DNA of 64,000 bases from Mycobacteriales bacterium. Lineage in GTDB: Bacteria > Actinomycetota > Actinomycetes > Mycobacteriales > SCTD01. Location: assembly GCA_035526225.1 (NCBI GenBank), contig DATLCV010000001.1, positions 6,212 through 70,211 on the forward strand, read 5' to 3'. Made by a program: the position numbers and the translations under genes. The notes below the pieces were generated by a model, which worked only from the letters and a program-made list of their open reading frames with translations, was not told the DNA's origin and made no database searches. Positions 38,693 through 47,292 of this stretch are shown piece after piece (position 1 is the stretch's first letter; each line of letters begins with the position of its first letter).

Positions 38693-40173
38693 GGGAGGGG
38701 GGCGCCAGGGGGGATGAAGGGCAGGCCGTCGGCGACACCCTCCGCCAGCAGCCGGGCGACCGCCTCGGTGTCGAGGTGGTCGGCCACAAGGTCGCCCAGG
38801 ACGTCGAGCCGGGCCTGCCGCACCTCCTCGAAGGCGCGCGTGCCTGGCTCCCACTCCCGGCCGGTCACCTTGGCGACCTCCGCCAGCAGCGCCCGGCGGA
38901 AGCCGTCGCTCTCCAGGGCCCCGTGCCAGACGGTCCCGAAGACCGGACCCACCTGGACGCCGTCGAGGAACGGCTCCCCCGCGGAGGCGGTGATCAGCCC
39001 GTGGTGCACCTCGTACGCCGTGTCGACCCGCTCGCTGCGCCACTCCCCCACCGGACGCGCGAGCACCTTCTCCCGAGCGAACACCGTGCGCACCGGCAGC
39101 AGGCCGAGACCGTCCACCGCACCTGCACCTGACTCGACGTCGTCCTCGATGCGCGCGCCGAGCATCTGGTAGCCGCCGCAGATCCCGAGAAGAGGCCCCT
39201 CCCGTCGTGCGAGGGCGTCGGCGAGGCCGCGGGAACGCAACCACGCGAGGTCGGCGACGGTCTGCCGGGTGCCGGGCAGCACCACGAGGTCGGCGTCGGC
39301 CAGCTCCTCGGGCGTCGTGACGAACCGCACCAGCACCCCCGGCTCGGAGCGCAGCGCGTCGACGTCGGTCCAGTTGGACAGCCGCGGCAGGCGGATGACG
39401 CTGACACGGAGCACATCACGCCCGACCGCAGGCAGGGGTGCCACCGGCGCGGCCAGTCCCAGCGAGTCCTCCACGTCCAGCTCCAGCCCGTCGGCCCAGG
39501 GCAGCACGCCGTACGTCGGACGGCCGGTGAGCCGGGTGAGCATCGCGAGGCCGGGCTCGAGCAGCGCCGGGTCGCCGCGGAACTTGTTCACCACGAACCC
39601 TGCGACCAGGGCCTGGTCCTCCCGCGACAGCAGCGCGAGGGTGCCGAACAGGCCGGCGAAGACGCCACCGGGGTTGATGTCCCCGACCACGAGCACGGGC
39701 AGGTCCGCGGCCCGGGCGAGGCCCATGTTCGCGATGTCGGTGGCGCGCAGGTTGATCTCCGCGGGCGAGCCGGCACCCTCGCAGATGACGACGTCGAAGC
39801 GGCTGCGCAGCTCCGCGAGCGAGGCGAGGGCGACCTCGAGCAGGGCCGCCTTGTGCTCGCGGTACGACGTGGCGCTGACCTCGGCGTACGGCCGGCCGAG
39901 CACCACGACCTGTGAGGTGCGGTCGCTGCCGGGCTTGAGGAGCACCGGGTTCATCAGGGCCTCTGGCTCGATCCCGGCCGCGGCCGCCTGCATCGCCTGG
40001 GCCCGCCCGATCTCCGCGCCGTCGGCGGTCACGGCGGAGTTCAGCGACATGTTCTGCGCCTTGAAGGGCGCGACCTTCACGCCCTGCCGGGCCAGCCACC
40101 GGCACAGCCCCGCGGTCAGCACCGACTTGCCGGCGTCGGACGTGGTGCCCGCGACGAGCAGCGCCCCTCTCAC
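38689..40173 (-). CDS. cobQ: Cobyric acid synthase
   Basis: [26 protein letters not shown], and GATase [10 protein letters not shown]. The GTG at 40173 overlaps the cobD stop (GTGA). The 653-aa ORF-track extension was rejected. Confidence 0.92.
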   Translation of the reverse strand: MRGALLVAGTTSDAGKSVLTAGLCRWLARQGVKVAPFKAQNMSLNSAVTADGAEIGRAQAMQAAAAGIEPEALMNPVLLKPGSDRTSQVVVLGRPYAEVSATSYREHKAALLEVALASLAELRSRFDVVICEGAGSPAEINLRATDIANMGLARAADLPVLVVGDINPGGVFAGLFGTLALLSREDQALVAGFVVNKFRGDPALLEPGLAMLTRLTGRPTYGVLPWADGLELDVEDSLGLAAPVAPLPAVGRDVLRVSVIRLPRLSNWTDVDALRSEPGVLVRFVTTPEELADADLVVLPGTRQTVADLAWLRSRGLADALARREGPLLGICGGYQMLGARIEDDVESGAGAVDGLGLLPVRTVFAREKVLARPVGEWRSERVDTAYEVHHGLITASAGEPFLDGVQVGPVFGTVWHGALESDGFRRALLAEVAKVTGREWEPGTRAFEEVRQARLDVLGDLVADHLDTEAVARLLAEGVADGLPFIPPGAPLP

Positions 40174-41120
40174 CGCCGCGAACGCCGTACGACCAGGCCG
40201 CGAACGCCGACCGCGAGCACACCTGCGGCGAGCCCGACCCCCGTGGAGAGCCGGGCGGCACGCGGGATGTCCGCCACGTCGGGGGCCGGTCCGTTGCCGA
40301 GCAGCGGCCGGTCCTCGACGCGACCGGCGTAGGAGAGCCGGCCGCCGAGCGTCCGGCCGAGCGCCCCCGCGAACGCCGCCTCGACGGGGCCGGCGTTGGG
40401 CGAGGGGTGCTTGTACCCGTCCCGCACCCACACCCGACGGGCCTCCTCGGGGCGCCCGCCGACGAGCGGCGCGAGCACGGTGGCCAGCCCTGCCGTGATC
40501 CGCGCGGGGGCGAGGTTCGCGGCGTCGTCGAGCCGGGCCGACGCCCAGCCGAACCGCGCGTACCGGGGGCTGCGGTGCCCGACCATCGCGTCGAGGGTGT
40601 TCACCGCGCGGTACCCGACGAGGCCGGGCACACCCGCTACCGCACCCCACAGCAGCGGGCCGACGACGGCGTCTGAGGTGTTCTCCGCCACCGACTCGAC
40701 GGTCGCGCGGGCGAGGTCAGCGGGTCCGAGCCCGGCTGGGTCCCGGCCGCACAGGTGCGGCAGGCGCGCGCGAGCGCCCTCGACGTCACCGTCACGCAGC
40801 AGCGCGTGCATCGCCAGCGCCTCGCGGCGCAGCGACGTGCCGCCCACGACCGACCAGGTGGCCGCGGCCGTGAGCGCCACGCGCACGACGGGGTGCTGAG
40901 CCCGGCGGGCGACCACCGTCCCGAGCAGGGCAGTCCCCCCGCCGAGCAGCGCGGTGTACGCCGCGCCGGCCGCCCGGGAGTCGCGGTGCAGCACCCGCTC
41001 GGTGCGAGCGGCGACGGTGCCGAACGCGGCAACCGGGTGGCCCCGCCGGGGATCTCCCAGCAGGGCGTCGAGGCCGAGCCCGCCGGCGATCCCGGCCGCG
41101 CTGGGCCAGCTACTCCGCAA
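40170..41120 (-). CDS. cobD: Adenosylcobinamide-phosphate synthase (CobD/CbiB)
   Basis: [32 protein letters not shown], and several TM helices. The only plausible start is a TTG at 41120, overlapping the upstream gene by 11 nt. Confidence 0.85.
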   Translation of the reverse strand: MRSSWPSAAGIAGGLGLDALLGDPRRGHPVAAFGTVAARTERVLHRDSRAAGAAYTALLGGGTALLGTVVARRAQHPVVRVALTAAATWSVVGGTSLRREALAMHALLRDGDVEGARARLPHLCGRDPAGLGPADLARATVESVAENTSDAVVGPLLWGAVAGVPGLVGYRAVNTLDAMVGHRSPRYARFGWASARLDDAANLAPARITAGLATVLAPLVGGRPEEARRVWVRDGYKHPSPNAGPVEAAFAGALGRTLGGRLSYAGRVEDRPLLGNGPAPDVADIPRAARLSTGVGLAAGVLAVGVRGLVVRRSRR

Positions 41121-41940
41121 CCGGCGCCTCCGGCGCACGGGGGGCCTCAGGTCCAGGTGCGGGAGCCGCCGGAGCCTCGGGGGCCGGGGCCGGGGCCGGG
41201 GCCGCGGGGGCCGGAGCCTCGGGGGCCGGGGCCGGGGCCTCGGGGGCCGGAGCCGGGGCCTCGGGGGCCGGAGCCGCAGGCGCCCCCTGCGAGTTGTCAG
41301 GCTGTGGGGCGGTCGGGGCGCTCTCAGCACCTGACACGTCCGGGGAGGACGTGGTGGCTCCAGAGTTGTCAGGCTGTGGGGCGGTCGGGGCGCTCTGGGC
41401 ACCTGACAGGTCGGGGGCAGCGGCGGGGGCCGACGGAGTCTCGAGGGCCTCTCCGGCAGCGGCAGCCTCGGGACGGGGGCCGCGCTCACCACGCTCACCT
41501 GGGCCGCGCTCACCACGCTCACCTGGGCCGCGCTCCCCACGCTCACCTGGGCCGCGCTCACCCGGGCCGCGCTCCCCGGGGGCGCGCGGCCCCTCGGGGC
41601 GCCCGTCACGACCGCGGCCGCGGTTGCGGGTCTTCGGCGGACGCGGGGTCCGGTCACCCGCGAGGTCGCGCAGCGGGACGGTCATGTCCATCGCGCCGGC
41701 GAGGGCGTACTCCTGCACGAGCAGCTCGATCGCGGGCACGTCCTCGGCAGAGGCGGTCGGCAGCTTGCCCTCCGCCATGGCCCGCAGCTCGGAGAGCCGG
41801 CCCAGTCGGCGCTGGGGGGTGTCCGTCGGGTGGGTGAGCAGGACCGCGTGCGCGACGCAGGCCGCCGTACCGGACACGGACGTGACGGCCTCGCGCACCA
41901 GGGCGAGGTCGGCGAGGCAGGGCGCGCAGTAGGTGGTCAT
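41110..41940 (-). CDS. Hypothetical protein: ~100-aa Cys-containing N-domain plus a ~175-aa low-complexity repeat tail
   Basis: The N-terminus MTTYCAPC...ACVAH has CxxC...CxxH spacing. The tail carries (PGERG/PGERGERG)n, two 24-aa repeats (..LSG..APTAPQPDNS..) and (APEAPAP)n. It sits between the VOC gene and cobD on the same strand. Confidence 0.6.
   Translation of the reverse strand: MTTYCAPCLADLALVREAVTSVSGTAACVAHAVLLTHPTDTPQRRLGRLSELRAMAEGKLPTASAEDVPAIELLVQEYALAGAMDMTVPLRDLAGDRTPRPPKTRNRGRGRDGRPEGPRAPGERGPGERGPGERGERGPGERGERGPGERGERGPRPEAAAAGEALETPSAPAAAPDLSGAQSAPTAPQPDNSGATTSSPDVSGAESAPTAPQPDNSQGAPAAPAPEAPAPAPEAPAPAPEAPAPAAPAPAPAPEAPAAPAPGPEAPRAPEAPVAE
41113..41285 (-). repeat. Degenerate tandem DNA repeat encoding (A/P)PEAPAPAP units
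   Basis: Reiterated GGGGCCTCGGGGGCCGGAGCC-like units on the plus strand. Confidence 0.8.
41285..41408. repeat. In-frame double-hairpin element, copy 2 (four alternating TGTCAGG/CCTGACA heptamers; internal 72-nt direct repeat)
   Basis: TGTCAGG 41295-41301, CCTGACA 41330-41336, TGTCAGG 41367-41373, CCTGACA 41402-41408, with the left flank CCCCCTGCGA. The two 50-nt halves (41291-41340 and 41363-41412) are nearly identical. Confidence 0.8.
41476..41583 (-). repeat. Tandem 24-nt/15-nt repeat encoding PGERGERG / PGERG units
   Basis: GGCCGCGCTCACCACGCTCACCTG occurs three times, followed by shorter units. Confidence 0.8.
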
Positions 41941-41951
41941 GGCGCTGGAGG

Positions 41952-42662
41952 CTAGTCGTCAGCCGGGTCGGAGGTGAACGCGCAGAACTCGTTGCCCTCC
42001 GGATCGGCCAGCACCGTCCACTCGTTCTCCTCGTCCGGCCCGCGCAGGACCGTGGCGCCGGCGGCGACGAGGTCCTCGACCGAGGAGTCCTGCAGCAGGA
42101 CGTCCCAGTGGACGCGGTTCTTCACCGTCTTGCGCTCCGGGACGGGGTTGAAGACCCAGTACTGGTACGGCGAGCCGGGTACCCCCTCGAGCCACACCCA
42201 GGGCGTGCCCTCCTCGCGGCAGAGGTCCACGCCGTACCGCTGCGCCCACCAGGACCCGATCGCCTCCGGGTCAGCGCTGTCGACGACCAGCTCGTACGGC
42301 CCGGGCGGCGCCCCCTCACGGGGGCCCATGGCGCAGAACAGCAGCCCGTCCGGGTCGGCAAGGACCCGCCAGTGGTCCTCGCCAGAGGGCTCGCGCACGG
42401 CGGTGGCACCGAGCACCACCGTCGGGTCCTCGAAGCGGACGTCGAGGTGGACGCGGTTCTTCACGTCCTGGGCCTCGGGCACCCCGCACACCCAGACGCC
42501 GTGCTGCGGGGTTGCCCCGCTCAGGCGGGCGTTGCCGTTGTCCTGGAGCTCCAGCTGCAGACCCAGCACCCGCGCCCAGAACTCACCCACCACCTCAGGG
42601 CGCACGGCGTCGACGCACAGGTCCTTGAAGCTCACGTCAGCCACGGTTCGACCGTACGTCAC
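41952..42662 (-). CDS. VOC (glyoxalase/bleomycin-resistance fold) family protein, two-domain
   Basis: Two internal repeats, each with KNRVH(L/W)DV and LADPDG/LADPEGNEFC. Confidence 0.75.
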   Translation of the reverse strand: MTYGRTVADVSFKDLCVDAVRPEVVGEFWARVLGLQLELQDNGNARLSGATPQHGVWVCGVPEAQDVKNRVHLDVRFEDPTVVLGATAVREPSGEDHWRVLADPDGLLFCAMGPREGAPPGPYELVVDSADPEAIGSWWAQRYGVDLCREEGTPWVWLEGVPGSPYQYWVFNPVPERKTVKNRVHWDVLLQDSSVEDLVAAGATVLRGPDEENEWTVLADPEGNEFCAFTSDPADD

Positions 42663-42733
42663 CCGCTCGGCGGCTCACGCGTCGATCCCGCGGGACCGAG
42701 GGTAGACACAGAGGGGAACGAAGGAGGCTCCGC

Positions 42734-43009
42734 ATGACCGGGTCCCATGAGGGCGAGCTGCACGACGCGATCTGGGCGCTGCACGACGCGCTGCAGCGTC
42801 GCGACGGCATCGAGCAGCGGCTGCGCAACGGCGACAACGACGCGCTGCTGTTCGACCGGGGCCTCGCCGCCAGCGAGGCGGTGGTCCACGCCCGGCTGGC
42901 GCTCTACCGCGTGCTCATCGAGCAGGGCTGGACGCCCCCTCCGAGCGTGGCGAACCAGCTCCACCTGGACGCGCGCCTGATGACGGAGGTCAGCGAGAAC
43001 CTGATCTGA
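42734..43009 (+). CDS. Small hypothetical protein (91 aa)
   Basis: GAAGGAGG lies 6 nt before the ATG. High GC3. Followed by a stem-loop terminator. Confidence 0.6.
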   Translation: MTGSHEGELHDAIWALHDALQRRDGIEQRLRNGDNDALLFDRGLAASEAVVHARLALYRVLIEQGWTPPPSVANQLHLDARLMTEVSENLI

Positions 43010-43016
43010 CCCAGCT

Positions 43017-43057
43017 GGGCAAGGCGACTGCCACCTCGCCGTTGCCCTTCGGTGCTT
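43017..43057 (+). terminator. Candidate intrinsic terminator
   Basis: GGGCAAGGCGA - CTGCCACC - TCGCC(G)TTGCCC gives an 11-bp stem with one bulge. It is followed by TTCGGTGCTT, 8 nt after the stop. Confidence 0.5.
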
Positions 43058-43085
43058 GACCTGGTGATCACGACCCCGCTACGCA
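43056..43085 (+). promoter_or_regulatory. Candidate promoter for the membrane-protein/multicopper-oxidase pair
   Basis: TTGACC (43056-43061), an 18-nt spacer, then TACGCA (43080-43085). Same -35 hexamer and spacing as the candidate at 35941. By eye only. Confidence 0.2.
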
Positions 43086-43119
43086 TGTGGCCGAGGACAC
43101 ACCGTCACAAGGGGGATCC

Positions 43120-43572
43120 ATGCGCAAGGCACACCAGGTCCTGGCCTACCTTCTCGCCGCCGAGGTGGTCATCCAGGCGATGGCGATCGCATACGCGCTC
43201 GCCGGCCTCGGGTACTGGGTCATGGAGGAGGGCGGCGTCCTCACCAAGCAGCTGATCGACGACGAGGACCTCACGTTCCAGGGCGTCGGCGGCTTCGCGA
43301 TCCACGGCATGAACGGGATGATGATCATCCCGCTCCTCGGGATCGTGTTCCTCGTGGTGTCGCTGCTGGCCAACAAGCAGGTCCCGGGCGCCGCCAAGCG
43401 CGGCGGGATCATCTTCGGCTTGCTCGCGCTCCAGGTCTTCCTGGGCCTGACCTCGCACAGCGCGGTCCTGCTCGCACCCCTGCACGCGCTCAACGGCTTC
43501 GGCATCTTCACCATGTGCGTCGTCGCGGCGCGCAAGGCAGCGGCACAGGACGGCGAGCCGGCGCTCGTCTGA
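43120..43572 (+). CDS. Hypothetical 4-helix membrane protein
   Basis: AAGGGGGA precedes the ATG at 43120. Four hydrophobic helices. Lies immediately upstream of the multicopper oxidase. Confidence 0.65.
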   Translation: MRKAHQVLAYLLAAEVVIQAMAIAYALAGLGYWVMEEGGVLTKQLIDDEDLTFQGVGGFAIHGMNGMMIIPLLGIVFLVVSLLANKQVPGAAKRGGIIFGLLALQVFLGLTSHSAVLLAPLHALNGFGIFTMCVVAARKAAAQDGEPALV

Positions 43573-43593
43573 CCTGGCAGCATCACGCGGGTC

Positions 43594-45021
43594 ATGAGAG
43601 ACCGCCTGCGCGTCGTCCTGCCCGTGGTCGCCGCGCTCGCCATCGTCCTCGGCCTGGGCTGGTCGTGGTGGCAGAGCCTGGTGCCCGGCTCGTACTCGGT
43701 CATGGACATGGGCTACGAGGATCTCGGCGGCGGTCCCTCCATGGGCGGGATGCACCACGAGGGCGTCAGCGTCACTTCCCTCGTCGCTGACCCGGCTCGC
43801 GCCGCGGACGTCCGCGTCGCGCTCACGGCCCGCAAGGAGAGCTTCCGCCTGCCCACCGGCGAGCAGGTCGACGGCTACACCGTCAACGGCACCTCCCCCG
43901 GCCCGGTGATCCGGGCGGTCGAGGGCCAGCTCGTCGAGGTGGCTCTCACGAACGCCAACGTGACCGACGGCGTCACCTTGCACTGGCACGGGGTAGAGGT
44001 CCCCAACGCCGAGGACGGCGTGGCCGGTGTGACGCAGGACGCGGTCGCGCCGGGCAAGACCTACACCTACCGGTTCGTCGCGAGTCGCGCCGGCACGTTC
44101 TGGTACCACTCCCACCAGGTCTCGCACACGCAGGTGCGTCGCGGCCTCCTCGGGGCGCTGGTGGTCACGCCACGCGCCAGGTCACCGCTGCGCGACGTGC
44201 TCGCCCTCTCCCACGTGTACGGCGGGAAGGCGACCGTGAACGGCCACGTCGGCGCCGACGAGGTCCCGGCCCGACCCGGCGAGAAGGTGCGGGTGCGCCT
44301 GCTGAACACCGACAACGCCGCGGTGCGCGTATGGGTCAGCGGCTCGGCGTACCGGCTGCTGGCGGTGGACGGGTACGACCTGCACGGACCGACCGCGGTG
44401 ACCGACCGCGCCGTGCTCGTGACGGCCGGTGGCCGGGCCGACCTGGAGGTCACGGCGCCGGCGCGCGTGGAGCTCGGCGCGGCCGCGCTCGTCGTCGGCA
44501 CCGACGTGCCGAAGGGCACCCAGCCGACCAGCACGCTGGACCTGCTTGCCTACGGCACGCCCGCGCCCCTCGGGTTCGACCCGGACGACGCCGACCGGCG
44601 CTTCCGCTACTCCATCGGGCGCCGGCCGGGGTTCCTCGACGGCAAGCCCGGCCTGTGGTGGTCGATCAACGGCCACCTGTTCCCCGACGTGCCGATGTTC
44701 GTGGTGGCCGAGGGCGAGGTGGTGCGCATGACGATCAGCAACCACAGCGGCGCCGCCCACCCGATGCACCTGCACGGCCACCACGCCGTCGTGCTGTCCC
44801 GCGACGGCGAGCGTGCGACCGGGAGCCCCTGGTGGTCGGACTCGATCGAGGTCGGCTCCGGTCAGACCTACGAGATCGCTTTCGTGGCCGACAACCCGGG
44901 CGTCTGGATGGACCACTGCCACAACCTGCCGCACGCGGCGCAGGGCCTCGTTGCGCACCTGATGTACGAGGGCGTGACGACGCCCTTCCGCATCGGCCAC
45001 GAGGGCAACGAGCCCGAGTGA
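43594..45021 (+). CDS. Multicopper oxidase family protein
   Basis: All four copper-ligand motifs are present: HWHG, WYHSH, HPMHLHGH, HCHNLPHAAQG. There is an N-terminal membrane/signal helix. Confidence 0.9.
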   Translation: MRDRLRVVLPVVAALAIVLGLGWSWWQSLVPGSYSVMDMGYEDLGGGPSMGGMHHEGVSVTSLVADPARAADVRVALTARKESFRLPTGEQVDGYTVNGTSPGPVIRAVEGQLVEVALTNANVTDGVTLHWHGVEVPNAEDGVAGVTQDAVAPGKTYTYRFVASRAGTFWYHSHQVSHTQVRRGLLGALVVTPRARSPLRDVLALSHVYGGKATVNGHVGADEVPARPGEKVRVRLLNTDNAAVRVWVSGSAYRLLAVDGYDLHGPTAVTDRAVLVTAGGRADLEVTAPARVELGAAALVVGTDVPKGTQPTSTLDLLAYGTPAPLGFDPDDADRRFRYSIGRRPGFLDGKPGLWWSINGHLFPDVPMFVVAEGEVVRMTISNHSGAAHPMHLHGHHAVVLSRDGERATGSPWWSDSIEVGSGQTYEIAFVADNPGVWMDHCHNLPHAAQGLVAHLMYEGVTTPFRIGHEGNEPE

Positions 45022-45028
45022 CGGTGCC

Positions 45029-47125
45029 CTACGCGTACGGCGTGACCACCGGCAGCAGCGGCGTGACGACGTTGGGCGCGTACGCCGTGAGGACGTTCGT
45101 CGGGGCGCGCATCGGCACGGCGTAGCGCCACTGCTGGCCGTCGACCTCGTCCACCGGCACGCCGAGCGTGGCGTTGTCGCTGTCGTGGGTGACGAGGAAG
45201 TGCAGCCCGTGGCTGGCGTACGCCCCCTGGAACGGCGTCTTGCCGTGCGCCGGGTCGCACACGAGGGACGCGTACGGCGCGCCGTTGGCGGCGGCGTACC
45301 CGGCCTTGACCCGGTCGTCGGTGGAGGCCTCACCCGGCCACGGGCGCGCCACGGGGTCGTCGCCGGTGCCGTCGTCGAGGCAGGCGTCGTCGCGGTAGTA
45401 CGGCACCACGGCGGGGTTGGCCGCCGACGTGGCGCCCTTGAACTCGAAGACGTAGACGAGCCCGCCCGCGCGGCCCCTGCCCGCGATCTCCTCGGGCCGG
45501 TCGACCGCTGACGGCAGGTCGAACGACGGGTCGGGCAGGTCGAAGAAGGCGGGGTCGCCGTTGGGCAGCTCGTCGACCTGGCCGACGTCGTCGTTGAGGC
45601 CGTCGATGGGCACGCCCTCGGGCTTGGCGAGGTTGTAGTAGGTCGACGCGACCCGCTTGTTGTAGTCCCACGACGTGTAGAGCCCGTCGCTGGGGATCGG
45701 GTGCACACGCACGCGGTACCGGTAGGTGTCTGCGTCGCGGTAGTAGGTCTCGGTCTTCGTCACGTTGGTGCCGGAATCGCCGCCCCAGACCTCGCGGATG
45801 GCCCGGACCGGTCCCTGCCGCCAGCCGAGCAGCGCGGAGTTCGCCTCCCAGTTGACCTGCTCGTCCTCGAACCCGACGAGGGAGACGGTGGAGTCGGGGT
45901 TCTGCTGGAACGCACGGCCCTTCCAGCGGTCGATGAGGTCGGGGCCGTAGCGCGTGCCTGCGGGGGTGCAGTCCTTGACGTGCCCTGTCTTCTTGCCCTT
46001 CCCCTTGCCCTCGCTCCGGCCCCGCTCACGGCAGGCGACCTCGCGGGACGCCGCGTCGCGGACCTGGAAGCCCCGGACCATCCAGCGACCGGTGGCCGTG
46101 ACCTTGTACGTCGGGGTGGTGACCGTCATCGCATCGCGCGGGAAGCGGTCGGTGCTCGGCCGCGCGGCACCCGTCACCGGGTCGCACACCGTGCCCGGCA
46201 GGTTGGGGCCGTAGCCGGAGTTGCTGGTGCTCAGCGCCTCGGTGGACCCCACCGGGAACGAGCTGCGGTCCAGCCACCGGTCGGCGTCCGCGGCGCGCGT
46301 CATCTGCACGGCCGCGCTGCGGGCCGTGTACGACGACCCGCCGGCCTTCCGGAACAGGTAGAGGTAGCGGGTGGCTGCGGGGTCGAGCGGGTCCGCGACC
46401 GCGACGGTCTGGCCGTCGCTGGCCCCGGCCGGCGCAGGGGCTCCCGACGGAGCCTGCTTGCCCGCGTCACGAGCCTGCAGGGCGATCTCGTCGTCCTCGT
46501 CGACGCCGGCCACCGGGTCGGCCATCGCGTGCCGGTAGTCCGACAGCGACTCCTGAGGCCCGAGCGTGACGACTCCCGAGGCGATCGCGGCCCTCACCTC
46601 GGCGTCGCTCAGGGCGTAGCGCGCCTTGCAGGTGCCGAAGACCTTCTTCCAGGCCTCCTCACCGGCGGTGTGCCGGGTGGGGCCCCAGGCGTAGGTGAGC
46701 TCCTGGTCGGTGCCGCTGTAGAAGGCGAAGTCGCTGCGGGCGTTGGCGAGGAAGTGCGGGAACCGCTCGTCGACCTGGACGGGCACCTCGCGCCACGACG
46801 AGCCGGTCCACGCGTAGGCCGCGACCTCGTCCACGGGCACGCCCGACAGGGGGGCCGGCGCCAGGGTCCCGTTGTGCGCGGTCCGGATGGCCAGCTTCGG
46901 GTCGAGCTGGTCGCCGTACTCGGCCGTGATCCCGCTGGGGTACGGCTGCGCGACGCCCTGTACCGCCGGGACGCTCCAGCCGGCGAGCTGGGCGCCGGTG
47001 AGGACGACCGGGGCGGCGTCGCGGTCCACGCTCAGCACCGGGCCCGCGCCGCGGGGGGCGGCGAGGGCGGTGCCCGCCAGCAAGCCGCACAGGACGGGCA
47101 GGACGAGGTACCGGGGGGAGGTCAC
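45029..47125 (-). CDS. Large secreted hypothetical protein (698 aa)
   Basis: Signal peptide MTSPRYLVLPVLCGLLAGTALAAP. High GC3 throughout. No family recognised by eye. Confidence 0.7.
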   Translation of the reverse strand: MTSPRYLVLPVLCGLLAGTALAAPRGAGPVLSVDRDAAPVVLTGAQLAGWSVPAVQGVAQPYPSGITAEYGDQLDPKLAIRTAHNGTLAPAPLSGVPVDEVAAYAWTGSSWREVPVQVDERFPHFLANARSDFAFYSGTDQELTYAWGPTRHTAGEEAWKKVFGTCKARYALSDAEVRAAIASGVVTLGPQESLSDYRHAMADPVAGVDEDDEIALQARDAGKQAPSGAPAPAGASDGQTVAVADPLDPAATRYLYLFRKAGGSSYTARSAAVQMTRAADADRWLDRSSFPVGSTEALSTSNSGYGPNLPGTVCDPVTGAARPSTDRFPRDAMTVTTPTYKVTATGRWMVRGFQVRDAASREVACRERGRSEGKGKGKKTGHVKDCTPAGTRYGPDLIDRWKGRAFQQNPDSTVSLVGFEDEQVNWEANSALLGWRQGPVRAIREVWGGDSGTNVTKTETYYRDADTYRYRVRVHPIPSDGLYTSWDYNKRVASTYYNLAKPEGVPIDGLNDDVGQVDELPNGDPAFFDLPDPSFDLPSAVDRPEEIAGRGRAGGLVYVFEFKGATSAANPAVVPYYRDDACLDDGTGDDPVARPWPGEASTDDRVKAGYAAANGAPYASLVCDPAHGKTPFQGAYASHGLHFLVTHDSDNATLGVPVDEVDGQQWRYAVPMRAPTNVLTAYAPNVVTPLLPVVTPYA

Positions 47126-47292
47126 GCGTTACCCCTTCGACACCTGCCGTGACTGTTCCTGCTCACCGTCCGGGAGCGTGTCCGTCACCTCCCGGTGTGC
47201 CCGGTTGGTCCGTTCGGCTCAGCAGGAACACGTTCCACCTCCCGACGCAAGGTTCGTCCAGCCGGCCCAGCCGCAGAGGGAGCGCACACGCC

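Noticed and set aside
41476-41583. GERGPGERG... tract considered as a collagen-like (Gly-X-Y) domain
   Set aside because: Gly is not held at every third position across the tract because PGERG and PGERGERG units alternate. It is a charged low-complexity repeat, not a collagen triple-helix motif.
41113-41590. Tandem repeats considered as a possible CRISPR array
   Set aside because: The repeats are contiguous with no unique spacers, lie in frame inside a coding sequence, and have no cas genes nearby.
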